DNA of 63,156 bases, the filler included, from Trypethelium eluteriae (Eukaryota): assembly GCA_051942245.1 (NCBI GenBank). It is 3 parts of 3 records of this genome, joined end to end, with 100 filler letters (N's around TTAATTAATTAA, not from the genome) between each part and the next. Parts side by side here need not be neighbours in the genome. Positions count along the whole stretch, not along the records: positions 1 to 21,039 come from JAVECL010000480.1; 2 more parts are not named here. One strand, written 5' to 3'. The notes beneath the pieces were generated by a model, which was not told where the DNA came from, searched no databases, and was given only the letters and a program-made list of their open reading frames with translations. Shown here in pieces: positions 1 to 12,075 of the stretch (positions are counted from its first letter, which is position 1; every line of letters begins with the position of its first letter). The translations under genes and the position numbers were made by a program.

Positions 1-774
1 GGCTTGATTTGTGGGTGGGGGGAAAGAAGAGATTGGGTGGTTGAGATGAGAGAGTGGTGTGGGGCCTAGAAAGGGATGGTTTGAGGCGGAGTGGGAGTGG
101 GGTGTGGGATATGAGATGTTCTTGGGAGAGGACTATGTGGAAGTACTGATCATAAAGCACTCACTGAGATTAGTTATACGGAGCAGCTTAATTTCGGATC
201 TTGAAGAGGATTGATGTGAGGGCAATGTGGAGGACAAATTGGAACTACGGGGATGAATGTCTTCGCTTTCTTCTCTCTCTTTTCGGCACTTTGATGTTTT
301 ACGATATCAGTTACGAGAGCTTGTTCGAGTGGCTCTCTGAGAAGGCAGGGGCGTATCTTGGAGTATGAGCTTATGTTTCCTTTCCCTACAGTTCGGCTGC
401 ATAAGGTTTCACGGCTGCGCATGGGGATAGGATTAGGGATAGCTCTGGTACGAACCTTTCCATTATCTATAGCTCGGTTCGTTTATCGAAGACTCATAAT
501 CCTTACCGTTTGCTCAGGAAGCTTAGCGAGCTGCTCACCTGGTGTGAGCTTCTAATATCTCATGTTTATCAACAGGTTGAATTTAACTTCATCCATGCAC
601 AGAAGCTCCTCGTGTCATGAGAAGGCATGCACACATATCTTATGAGGGTGAATACTCTTTAGTAAGCTTGAAAAGTTAAAGTTGTGGGACTCTATCAGAG
701 GGGGCGGTACTGTTTGCGCGTCTTTGTCACAGAGCTCTGAATCACCTACTCTACCTAGTAGTTACCACCTACGC

Positions 775-828
775 CACTGTTTGCCTCATACTGTTTGCTA
801 TACACTGTTTGCTCCACATTGTTTGCTC
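775..828. repeat. Imperfect ~14-bp tandem repeat x4 with TGTTTGC core
   Basis: cactgtttgcctca/tactgtttgctata/cactgtttgctcca/cattgtttgctc; a fifth actgtttgc copy lies at 709-717. Confidence 0.7.
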
Positions 829-1256
829 TAAAATTCGTCTGATTAAATGAGATTTACCTGCTTTCGTCTCGTGCCCTACTGATTAGCGCTACCCTTTTTC
901 CTCTTCATTATCCACTACTTTTCTATTACTTTATCTGGAAGGATATTGAATCGTAGATTTACTGATTGAGCTGCTCGTTTAGAGAAGACCTGCTCCACGA
1001 CTCCAGCTCTCGAATCGTAGCCTCATCGAGCTCTTCTACTCTCTTCTCCGCCGCAACCATATGTCATTGTGCAGTGTTGCTAACGATAACTCTCTCTCGC
1101 CTCTTCAATGGGAGCGGTGTAGCCGGCTGTGACGAACTCCCCGACAGCTGTACGCAGAGGCTGTATGAATCGTATTAGCTGGCTATCGCCCGCTCGTCGA
1201 CACTCGTCGTCCACGTTCCTCGCAATCCCACCAGAGTACTGGTTTTGCCGCTTAAC

Positions 1257-2259
1257 ATGGCACTAGCTTCTCCCACGCAGTGTGCAAACTGTGGGAAGAG
1301 CGCAACAATGAGTTGTGCTGGCTGTATGGATGCGCCAGAGTACCAGCCTGGGGATTCTATTGGCAGTGTCTACTGTAACCGCGACTACCAGGAGAGACAC
1401 TGGTCAGATCATAAGGCCCATTGCCGCGCCCTGGGACAACGAAAGAAGCTACTTCGAGCAGGCAATATACTCAAGACCGCTCTGTTGACATACAGAGAAA
1501 TTCTATACGATATAGACCTGACCAAGATAGAGTGCCAAGATGGGGTCCTCTGTCTTTATCAAAATCTAAGACCTGTCACTGCTCGATCCAAACGTGGTCC
1601 CTTTCCAGCTCATCTCACCACTAATATCATCCATAAGGAGGCAGCTCTTGCGAATAATCAATGCACAACGGCCATGGCACTATTGGGTCGTCTGACCCGG
1701 AAGCTTCTGAGAGGTGAGACATCCCCCCAAGATTATGCTTCGGGCGTGCTAGATTTTACATTCATTAGGGATAGCTTCAACTATCGAAGTATTGGATCTC
1801 CATATTGGAAAGCCAGTGACTCCAACAAAGCTCGTTCCTGGTCCAGAGTCCAGTGATGCGCCGCACACTGTATTAAAGGTGGGGCGATTGTCTTCCCACG
1901 AGGCATGGGTTCTCGACACAGCAGGCTGCCAATATGGATTTCAGGAGGTTCTTGTTCCCTTTGAGAAGTACCTTGCAGACAAATCAGGCCAAATTGTGAA
2001 CGACCCAGTCACTTACGATGCGACCGAAACGAAAGACTTGGACTACTTCTCGACTCTTCCGTTCATGAACAAAACCAGAGCACAACGAGAAGATGCAAGG
2101 CTGGAGCGACAGGCTCGCCTGCACTTTGCTGAGTTCGTCAATACGCACGTTGACAGCGATATCCTTAGTGGACCTGCCCCCAAGTTTAAGGAAAAATTTG
2201 ATGGCTTTGTGCACGAGTTGAAGTTGCATATGCTAAATCTTACAGTTGAGAACTCCTAG
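1257..2259 (+). CDS. MYND zinc-finger domain protein (one intron ~1714-1769)
   Basis: CANC..SCAGC...YCNRDYQERHWSDHKAHC MYND pattern. ORFs 1245-1856 and 1792-2259 join across a GT-AG intron. ATG at 1257. Confidence 0.8.
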
Positions 2260-2521
2260 ACTGAGATACAGTAATGACGAGACAACCTTGGACGGGAAAC
2301 GGAAATTGTGGACTGCAAGTATCTCCATTTCGTGCAGACGAGGACGCAGGGACGTGCAAAGCACGAGTTTGGAATGTGTCAAGCTTGCCGCCGACGAGTT
2401 TGAAGTACTCATGATGGATCTACTAGAAACGAGTAAGTAGAGTAAAAAAAGAACTTCTCGAAGGAATTGATCCAGTGGTCATTCTGGTCAAGAGTGCCAC
2501 CACCGCTTACTCCCTACAATA

Positions 2522-4288
2522 TCACATCGTCGTTTCAATTGTTAATCTTCCGCTCAAACTCGTCTTTATCTCGAGACCCGTGTGCCCTGGTCTTCGCTTG
2601 CCCGTGGTAGCAAGGCAGGATTGGAGGTGGCTCGAACTCAATCTGCAGTGCACTTCACACCCACAATCACCCCTTTTACTTTCCTTCTTAGGTACGGCCA
2701 GAATCAAGTCCCTATCCACATCGACATCTCTCTCCTTGTCAACTTGGCTAAGGTCAAATTCAAACCTCCTGAAAACTATAGCCAAGATCAAGAACAGCTC
2801 CGCCCACGCCAGGTTCATTCCCAAGCAGCCCCTGTTGCCACGACTGAACACAACAAAATGCCTTTGCAGTCCTTGTCTCTCGTCCTCAGGCCCAAGCCAG
2901 CGCTCCGGCTTAAAAACACGTGGCTCTGGAAAGACGTCGGGGTTTTCATGAAGTAGGATTGCGCTCATGGCCACGATCGTGCCCGGTGGAATAGGAATGT
3001 CTTTATAGATCAGGCGTTTCTGCGGAAAATAGCGCATATTCCGGTGTGTAACAGGGTGAGCGATGCGGAGCCCCTCGTAAACCACGGCAGAAAGGTAGGG
3101 AAGCTTTTCAAGGTCGGCGAGCCGCGGCACGTCAGTACGGCGCGGCATAGCGGTCTTCAGTTCATCAAACAGCTTCTGATGAACTCTTGGGTTGGCTTGA
3201 ATATAATAGCTGATGCACTTAAGGCTGTGGGCTGTTGTCCCTGAGCCGGCTGTCACAAGGGAGAAGGCCTCGTCGCGCAGACGGTTGCGCGCCTTTTCTT
3301 GCTGCGGCAAGTCGCTCGCCAGTAGGTCGTGGAAAATAGTCTTGTGTCCGGACTTAGCAGCGGCGGTATCATTGCCATCCCGAATGGCTTCGATCTGGCT
3401 TGAAAGAGCCTCGCGCTCATCGACAATCTCCTTCATCGCTGGCATGATGACCTTTAGCCACCGCTCGGGAACCTTGTAGATCCAGGCCATCAGCCATGGA
3501 TAGTAAATGTTGATCAGGCTAATGTCAACAAAGCTGTCAATATTGTCAAAGCCACGCTTATCGAAGTCCGGCGACAGCACCCGATCTGGATTTCTCGAGA
3601 AGCAGTATTCCCACATATTATCCAAAGCTAGCGCAGCGTAGGCATATTTGAGATTGATACGCTCGCCGGTTCGACTCGCGGTTTCGAATCGGGCGCAAAG
3701 CTTTTCGATAATGGGAATTAGGAAGGGCGTGATCTGGTGTACAGATTGCTTGGAGAAATACGGATTGACTGCTCCCCGGCGTATGCGATGTAGATTGTAA
3801 TCTACTGTCCCAATGGCCTGAGAAGTGATTAGTATTTTGCGATATACCAAATTGTGAATTAAGAGGTATTTACAGCTGGATAGGGACCAAACGCATTTGC
3901 CCACTTGAACGGCTTCCCTGCCTTCCCTGATGTAGTGTAGATTTCGTCGAAGTAGTTTGGGTCGTTGAGATGGAGATCATCCGGCATGAATCGTACAACA
4001 GGTCCTATCGTCCGGTAAGTAAGCACTGAGTAACGCATGGGTATAAGTAGGACATAGCAAAGAACATCTACCATAGCGACTATGTAATTCTTTGAGCTTG
4101 AAGACATATTGGCCTCCAAGCCAAAGATCATAGTACTGGGCATACAGGTACGTGACAGCAGCGAGTTTAGGACCTGGAAATCTGGCTAATGGATGGAAGT
4201 ACAAACGATAGACAATTGTTGTTACTACCCAGCCTAGCCAAAGCGTGAGGGCAGCAAAGACCCAGACAACAGGGCCGACCAACTGCAT
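2522..4288 (-). CDS. Cytochrome P450 monooxygenase (trichodiene oxygenase/CYP58-like group), spliced
   Basis: N-terminal TM followed by YRLYFHPLARFPGPKLAA; I-helix AGSGTT; ExxR (EGLR); PERW; heme motif FSRGNRGCLG; two short introns near 3830-3870 and 4010-4070. Confidence 0.92.
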
Positions 4289-5704
4289 ATTGTCTTCTTC
4301 GATCTGGTGTATCGACCCTTTGATCTTCGCTGGTCATGATCAAAGGGAGATTTTCGGCGAACTGGACAAGCAGACTCGCCTCTCCACCTTACACCGTTGC
4401 GAGTCCAAGCTAATGGCAGAGGGGTTCATGGCTTGCTTGCGCATCCAGGCGCCACTATCACGAAGAGAGATCAGCTAGAGGCCAATCATCGCCAAAAGAA
4501 GGCGACGCCCGATGGACATGGTCGTAGTTTCGGAAAGCCATTGGTCTTTCTCTCCAAGTTGGTCCATGATTCCGAAGCAGTCGGCACAGGCAGGCAGAAG
4601 TCTGCAACGAAGCGGCAAAGCTGAATATATCCATGAAGGTCGTTAGCCCAGCTTGCCACCTTACGCAAGGAGGCTGGGATCCTGAAGGGTTGGATCATCG
4701 GTGAGTGCTACGGAGCAAGGTAGTTGATCATTGAGGCAACGTGCCGTACCCCTCCGTGCCACTGTGGAGTTTGGGTATCTATTTTCCATGCCTGTCGCTC
4801 GCATGCAATTACATTGAATTACCATCTTTCGTTGCTTTTGGAAAATACATGATTTCCCAAGTGGCGTGATTCAGGGGTCGGAAGCATTGCTGCATAGGGT
4901 AATGAATGGATGCATAAAACTCCAAATGGACGCACAGGCATGAGTATCTGCATAATACCCGCACTTAGCTACATCAGGTATGTACATAAATTGGGTCATC
5001 TCTGCGCATGTCGTTCCTCTCTGCGCGGAGAGAAGAGAGCTACACGGAGATTAAGGCAGAGATGTCCGAAAGTAAGCTTGAATTCGAACAGCTTCATAAT
5101 TTCTTAATTACATACATGTATGTAGGCAATAATAAAAATGGTGCAGAACATGTGAATTTGTGGGAGCTTCCCTAGTAAAATTTTGAGTTTGGCGGGGGTG
5201 GCGGCTATGGCGAACCCTGGTCAAGGCCCGTGCCGCAGAAGTTCTACTTCGACGTATGAATTTCATGTCGATTTAACCTTAAATGCAACGGAAGCCAAGT
5301 TATCAGTCTGCCTGTTCCGTCAATCGAGAGTTCGCAGGCAATTGGCATCCCATCCTAATGAAGGATAGATCGTCGAAGGCGTGGTTCGTGTGTACTGAAG
5401 ATCTAGATTTGAGTCATGCATAGCCCTCACGTGTCATGCATTGAGGCCTCCAATCAGGTGTCTACAGGTAAGCGCAACCCATTTCTCACAGAAGTTAACG
5501 CATATCAATAGATCGCGGGCATCTGCAGCCTCTACGAAAGGGTGTGTGTATTGCGCTTGCGCAGCTGGCTAATTGGTTATCGCGAACAGGTTCCTCGTCC
5601 AATCACATTTCGTTTAAGAGCCGGTACCATTTAAAAAGTCGTCCATAAGGAACTTCGACAAGGTCATAGGAGAGATTGCAGCCTGAAAACCTCTAAGAAC
5701 GCAA

Positions 5705-6880
5705 ATGGCGCGCACGATTGATTTCACAATAACCAGCGCCGTGGCTCGAGTCCAGGGAGATACTCAACGCAGGAGACCATTGATGGAACGACACGAAGAG
5801 ATATGGGCGTTCTTAGTACCCCGACTGCAGGAAAAGCAGGAGCTCTGTAGATCTGGCTGGACGCCTAGCGACTTTATATTTCAGCAAGCCAAGCATCCGA
5901 TGCGTGTTAACCTCTGGTCAAAGCTTGCGAGATCGGAAACTCCCAGCTACGCACATACTCTTCTGCACAAAGCACAAAATCCAAAAGTGAGATTGTCTCC
6001 ACTAGAGAGACTACCACCGGAGATGGTTGCAATGATTCTGGCAGATTCGAGTCTGAGGAGAAAAGACATCGTTGCCTTCGGGCTCTGCTCTACGTCCCTC
6101 TGGTCGCACGTACTAAGCCATATTGAGCAGCAATGTCGACACAAAGCAGCGCCATGGGCTGGCATGGAGCTTGCGCTAATCGGGACCCGGCTGCTGGGCT
6201 TTCCAGCCTCCTTTGCACGGGATTCCTTGGCGTGGAACTCTGTGGGAGCATCCAATGACATGAATGGCCAACTGAGCGCCAGTGATTACGCTTGGTCGAC
6301 GCTACATTTGTATACGTGTCCGCCAGCTACTAATTGCGATGTTTGGCTCAAAGTTTTGCGCGATCAATATGAAGATCTTTGTGTTGACGCACAGTTTCCT
6401 CTCGTCTTTGCTCGATCTTTGACTGGCGCTGGGCTTCCATGGACTCTGCGGAATCTGGATACTCTCGAATACATTACGTGTACGTGTACGGTCGAGTTAA
6501 AACCTTCAGCCACAAAAGACGAGGATTGCATTTATACTAGGAATGCCCAGGACCCAGGTAGAGATATCCGCCAAGGGTTTGTCATGCAGAATGGGGAGGT
6601 CTTAGGATGGCTCCGTGTTGAGGATGTAATAATGTCCCGTATCTGCTGTAGCAGAGCGCCATTGTCTATAAACTCAAGTTACCCCGATCATCGGAAGCAT
6701 GTCCCCAAACAAGGGCCTTGGGCTGGCCATCGTTTTGACATTGTTGCATCAGGAACCAATGGCTTTCATGATACAAACGGATGGACTGATCTCACTGAGC
6801 AAGTAGTCCAGGAAGCAGAGACCCTCTGGCCAAAAATCAGGAGCAAAGGTGCCGCGGGAGTATCCTCACCTGACTTATGA
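5705..6880 (+). CDS. Fungal hypothetical protein with F-box-like segment
   Basis: 391-aa uninterrupted ORF; LERLPPEMVAMILADSSLRRKDIVAFGLCSTSLW resembles an F-box motif. Confidence 0.65.
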   Translation: MARTIDFTITSAVARVQGDTQRRRPLMERHEEIWAFLVPRLQEKQELCRSGWTPSDFIFQQAKHPMRVNLWSKLARSETPSYAHTLLHKAQNPKVRLSPLERLPPEMVAMILADSSLRRKDIVAFGLCSTSLWSHVLSHIEQQCRHKAAPWAGMELALIGTRLLGFPASFARDSLAWNSVGASNDMNGQLSASDYAWSTLHLYTCPPATNCDVWLKVLRDQYEDLCVDAQFPLVFARSLTGAGLPWTLRNLDTLEYITCTCTVELKPSATKDEDCIYTRNAQDPGRDIRQGFVMQNGEVLGWLRVEDVIMSRICCSRAPLSINSSYPDHRKHVPKQGPWAGHRFDIVASGTNGFHDTNGWTDLTEQVVQEAETLWPKIRSKGAAGVSSPDL

Positions 6881-7112
6881 GTTGTAGCCTGTAAGATTGC
6901 TCCTTGGACCAAGTCAAGTTAGCCCAATCAACACGTGGGTTAGATTCCTGCCAGAGAGGAGCATATAGGTGCAGGCGATATTTATTATGAAACAGGACAC
7001 AGGCACTCTCGAGCCCATGGAGAAAAGCATGAAGGCATGTAGTGGTTGGCCGCAGTCGATCTTTGTAGGCCATGTCTCAGCTCCCCCTTTACTGTTATTC
7101 GGCAGCCTTCGC

Positions 7113-7144
7113 CATCATCATCATCATCATCATCATCGTCACCA
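7113..7144. repeat. (CAT)n microsatellite
   Basis: catcatcatcatcatcatcatcatcgtcaccat; explains the spurious poly-His/poly-Ile ORFs here. Confidence 0.85.
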
Positions 7145-7481
7145 TGAGGAACAAAAGTCTCTGTGCCACCTCGACTCGCGCGAACTCCCTGAAAATCCTT
7201 CTAGGTGGCACAGATGCTTTGGCACCCCATGAAGATCGTCGTCATCATCATCATAGTAATGGTGGGGCAGGGTCGACTGCGCCGCTTCGCTGTGCCACAT
7301 CCTCAATGGGCGACATATCTGTTACTGGATCTTCTACTTGACGTGATGCTAACCCTTCCGAACTTACGTATGCTCTGGTGGCTTATCTTCGCCTTAATTG
7401 CCTTTACCACCTAAGCTTCGCAGGACGATTTGAACTGGTGTCGACCGAGAAGGTCTCTGCAGAAGGCATTGCATCGTTGCA

Positions 7482-8568
7482 ATGTCTGGTAAGGTGTCAC
7501 TAGATGGTATTGCTGTGGTCACTGGGGTAGGAATCTAGAAATCGTGCACTTATCCCATCTCAGTCACTAAGACTTCTCAAAAGGCTGCGTCGGGCATCGG
7601 CGAAGAGACAGCGATCGCCTTCGCTGAAGCGGGCTGTCGTGGCGTCGTCTTTGCAGATTTTGATGAAAATGGGGCTTGCGCCGTTGCGGAGAAGAGCAAG
7701 GAATATGCAAAACATCCATCTTATCGCGGCTTGGGCATTAGAGTGGACGTGACCGACGAGAGCAGCGTCGAGAATATGGCTGAGACTACGTTCAAGGAGT
7801 TTGGAAGGATCGACTACAGCGTGAATAGTGCGGGTGTAAGTTTGTGCCCCATCCTCTTACAATAGCGCTCAACGAACAGCAACATTAAATGAGTCAAATG
7901 AAAGATCGTAAATGAGCGGCAGGCATGCAACGATGGAGGCAATCCGACCTCCAATCAGGAGCTTGAGCCGTTCGAGAAGGTCTTGAAGACGAATGTTACA
8001 GGCATCATGCTCTGCGTACGAGCTGTGTCCAAGATTATGGCTAAACAAGAGCCTCGAACTTATAGTGGCCGCAAGGGAGAAAGGAGTCTTGGGCGAGGAT
8101 CGATTGTCAACGTGGGCAGTCTCAACTCCAATATTGCATCTCCCGGCCTGCTGCCGTATGTCACGTCAAAATTTGCTGTTATGGGAATAACAAAAACGGC
8201 CGGTAGGACTGACTAACCCTTCCTTCATGATTCTATCCTTTCATGCATACACACACAAAATTACTCACAGTCATTATCACCATGTGGAGCTAACTTCACT
8301 AGCGCTCGATCTCATGAGTTCACAAGTCCGTGTCAATGCTGTTTGCCCTGGCTGGGTAGATACTCCACTGCTCCAAGGCGGCTTGCAACGAAATCCGAAG
8401 ATTGGTGAATACATACAAGAACTGGTTCCGCATGGTAGGATAGCATCTCCTGAAGAGATCGCAGACTATATTGTATTTGCTTGCAGTCCGAGTGCAAGTT
8501 ACATTAATGGTACGGGTACGATAATTGACGCGGGCTTGAGTTTGACCGTGCATAGAGCCTCTCTATAG
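7482..8568 (+). CDS. Classical short-chain dehydrogenase/reductase (SDR), multi-exon
   Basis: Manual splice MSGKVSLDGIAVVTG|AASGIG (TGxxxGxG); VNSAG; YVTSK (YxxxK); VNAVCPG; 3 GT-AG introns. Confidence 0.88.
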
Positions 8569-8796
8569 GTTGCTAACCGCACGATACGCACAACTTGGTC
8601 AATTGAAAGCTACCAAAGATATTATTGGTCAATAATGGCGCTTGCGCTGTCACTACACGTTCCTTCTCTTTGCTGCGTATGATAACCTTGGAACGTGTTC
8701 ACTTGTCTAGCTCCGCCGACTTTTCTTGTTACCAAATTCCCCCCAACACCTTCGATAAAACTCCCCGCGCTGGTCCAAGATACGGCCGAGAACCTC

Positions 8797-9771
8797 TCAT
8801 CCACTCCATCCTGGAGTCGTGGCGGTGCCAGTAGTTTGAAGCTTCCAGTTTGCATCGCCAAACGGCCAGCCGACAAGATCAATACTGAGTTGCCTGCTCC
8901 CTTCAATCTCTTTCGCTTGGGCTTTGAGCTCATCTGCATCCCAGTTTGACCACAGAAACCTACCCTTCAAGAAACGTGCTTCGGGGCTTGCAAGCCAGAC
9001 GTTGAAGCTCGCTGGTAGAGAGACTAGATCAAAGTCAGCTTCTGACATTCCACTCAACAAATTGTCATTCCGCTTACCGTCATCTTCAAAGCCCATAGCC
9101 TTGACACCCCCAGCTTCCTGACTCATCGCAGAGTCCACCACGCCTGGCTGCACGTGGAAAACACTGAGCTCTTGGTTCGCATAAGCCAGGGAATCCCAAA
9201 GCCGAAATACCGCTAGCTTGGCGACGCTATATGAAACGAACCCAGGAGCGATATTCAGATGCGCCAAGAACGAAGAAGTCTCAATGACGACGGGATCCGT
9301 CGAGGCATGTCGAAGGAACGCCTGGGCGACGGCTAAAGATCCCCTGAGATTCTGCTGAATCGCCTCGAGGAACGCGTCCGCGTCGACCTTCTCCACGGAC
9401 TCCTGGGGCCCAATCACCGCCGCGTTGCTAACCAATACGTGGATCTTCCCGTCGCCGACAAACTTCGCAAAGGCCGCATCCACCTCGCTCTTCTTCGTGA
9501 TATCAGTGGAGGCCGCGAACACCTCGACGTCCGCGTACTGCTGCTCAATCGAGGCTTTGGTGTCGAGAAGCGGCTGTTCCCTTCGGCCAAGCAGGGCGAT
9601 CCTGGACGCGCCGGCTTCGGCGAAGTGGCGAGCGGTCGCTGCGCCGATGCCTGTCCCACCTCCTGTTACTACCACGGTCTTGCCTTTGGCCGAAAGCTCC
9701 GGGCGGGTGGGGGATATGGATGGGTATGTTTTCGTGTGCCACGTTGAGGTTGGGGATGGAAAAGGAGCCAT
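8797..9771 (-). CDS. Short-chain dehydrogenase/reductase (SDR)
   Basis: TGGGTGIG, SNAA, YSVAK, and C-terminal WLASPEARFLKGRFLWSNWD. One in-frame intron (~9025-9078) is read through in the ORF track. Confidence 0.92.
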   Translation of the reverse strand: MAPFPSPTSTWHTKTYPSISPTRPELSAKGKTVVVTGGGTGIGAATARHFAEAGASRIALLGRREQPLLDTKASIEQQYADVEVFAASTDITKKSEVDAAFAKFVGDGKIHVLVSNAAVIGPQESVEKVDADAFLEAIQQNLRGSLAVAQAFLRHASTDPVVIETSSFLAHLNIAPGFVSYSVAKLAVFRLWDSLAYANQELSVFHVQPGVVDSAMSQEAGGVKAMGFEDDGKRNDNLLSGMSEADFDLVSLPASFNVWLASPEARFLKGRFLWSNWDADELKAQAKEIEGSRQLSIDLVGWPFGDANWKLQTTGTATTPGWSG

Positions 9772-10290
9772 GGTGATTGTAAGTTATATGGGGAACTGAG
9801 AAGGAAAAGTCGATTTTTCGATGAGAGACATATTTTTGAGCGAACACTGCCCATTTTTATGTTTGCGACGAATTGCTGGCCACTTAAGTTCGGTGTTGCC
9901 AGCGAAAGAGGGTGGCGGATTCTTGGAGTTGAAGCAGATTTGACATTGACAAAATGCTCCGCCCGATAGACTGTTTAGCATCCAGGAAGAGTATTCCGGT
10001 ATGGTTGCCTCGTATTACAAGGTGTTCCGCCCGGCGGACTACTTTGAACGGAGGTACCTGCGCTGACAAATGGCCAGGGAGAAGAAATAGTTGGAACCTT
10101 CGCAAGGGAGGTTGCACGGACCATTTCCCATGAAGTTTAGCTGGGTTCCCATCTGTCCTCTACCCTAGAAACTACACTACACCACCACATCTGATCATCT
10201 AATTGATTGGAGGTATGTGGCGGCCATAATCCGTCCGGTGCTTCGCTGTGTACTGCAGATTACCCACGATCTGTGGCGGTCTAATTTTAG

Positions 10291-12052
10291 ATGTATGAGC
10301 GTGTTCTACAATCCGTTCTGCGGTGCGGGCGGTGTAATAAAGTGTTTGATAAGCGTATGTAGTACCCTTCACCAGATGTTACTTCGTTATGGCGAATTTG
10401 TGTTGACAGTGTGGTGTTGCAGAGTCCACGCTGAAGAGACATGAGTACTATTGTCGCTCTCGAGGAGCTGCCAGTACCACACGAGCTCGATCTTGTTTTG
10501 CTTGTGCGAGAAGGAAGGCGCGATGCGATAACAGGCGGCCGGAGTGTTCGGGGTGCATCAACAAGGCCATCGAATGCCATTATCCAGCAAAATCGCTCAA
10601 AGGTACAGGACCAAGGATCCATCAAAGCGTTGATGGGCCAGCACAGCAGTGGGAAGCTACCCCTTTATTGGTGCCAGATTCTTCCAATGTCGAAAATCAC
10701 CAAGAAGCAAGGAACGACGGTGCTATAGATCTCAATGCTGCATTTGATATACCAGAGCTGGATTTCACAAATGTCGGAGGGGAATATCTTGAATGGGATG
10801 TGCCAAATATTGATTTCCCCAATTTCCTGAATCAGCAGACGAACGACGAGACTGCCCGCTACCCTTCGTCGATGTCGTCATCTTCTTTTCGTTATTCGAC
10901 GCCTTCTACCGAGCAAATGGTTCAGGCACAACTAGCCATCTCTTCTCCGATCGTATCGATACCCCCCGTACCAACCTACTTCGTCCGATCACTTGGTCAG
11001 CGACCAAGAACGAAGACCGGAGCACAAAGAATCGTTACTCTTATGCGCCATACCCTGAAATCTTATCCTTCAATGATGCTACGTCACGATGCTCTTCCAC
11101 CCTTCATCCACCCGCATTTGATATCTTCCAATGCTGAGAATGACCACATGGAGCCATTAAACAACTGTATTAGTTTGGTACATATGATCAGCAGTGGGGT
11201 CAAAGGCAGTCGAAAGTTATTTTGGAAAAATGTGGGGCTGGAATGTGAACGTTTTTGTGAAGAGGTACGTTGAACTTGCGATGATCCTGGGGGGAGATCT
11301 ACAAAGAGCTGAGAGGTAATTTCAGTATCTAAAGTTCAACAAATGGGAACTCATTGCCGCTATGCTCGCCCTCTCCATTTATATCCTGATAAGGTTGGAT
11401 GAAGGCGAAACGGATCACAACAACTTTGATTTTCTATTACTCAGAACGGTGACCGTAGGTCTATCTCCCTCTTTATTCTTTTCCTCTCGATTCTAATGAT
11501 AGAATGCAGATAACAGCTAAACAACTCAGCGATATTCACATCGTATACGACATACAGTCTATGCTAAATAACTGCGGCCTCGAAATTAGCTGGAAAGATT
11601 GGATTTTTGAGGAATCAAGACGAAGGTTGGACTTTTGCTTACTCTCATGTAATGAACTCAATGTGAGGATGCTAATGAAGCAAAGATTATGCGTAGTCTA
11701 TCGAGTTTTAAATATGCTCGTGTACTTTGAGCCTGCGGCAATGTGCAATCTGCGACCGGATCTTGTTATAGCACCACTGCCAGCAAAGAAACAGCTATGG
11801 GAAGCAAATGATGAGTACGTGTGGAAGGCGGAGAGCGAGAGGGAGCCTGGGTTCTCAACTGCCTTCGGGTTGGCTGCGACCGGTGGGCTGGTCGAAGTAG
11901 ATGAAGGGCGGATACATTGCAGTGACGCAGTGCTCCATAAGTCCTGGGATGAGAGAATACCGCCAAGCAAGGCTGTAGATTGGGAGAGGTGGTGCTCGGG
12001 AATGGATGACTTTGGCGGCCTTGTCATGCTTGCTGCTTCATTAATAGTGTAG
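10291..12052 (+). CDS. Zn(II)2Cys6 transcription factor with an additional N-terminal C2HC-type zinc finger
   Basis: Manual splice gives MYERVLQSVLRCGRCNKVFDKQSTLKRHEYYCRSRGAASTTRARSCFACARRKARCDNRRPECSGCINKAIECHYP, in frame with ORF 10668-11273. C-terminal WKDWIFEESRRR, LPAKKQLWEA and GGLVMLAASL segments are typical of this fungal TF family. Confidence 0.88.
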
Positions 12053-12075
12053 CGAGTGGCGAGCCCCAAGTCCGT

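Noticed and set aside
174..596. Minus-strand frame with two internal stops as a pseudogene
   Set aside because: No recognisable protein family; the stop density is not clearly distinguishable from chance, so it is not called as a feature.
5109..5124. 16-bp palindrome TACATACATGTATGTA
   Set aside because: Low-complexity TACA/TGTA sequence common in fungal intergenic DNA; no supporting context.
6969..7414. Short ORFs with poly-His/poly-Ile tracts
   Set aside because: Products of a (CAT)n microsatellite; no other coding evidence.
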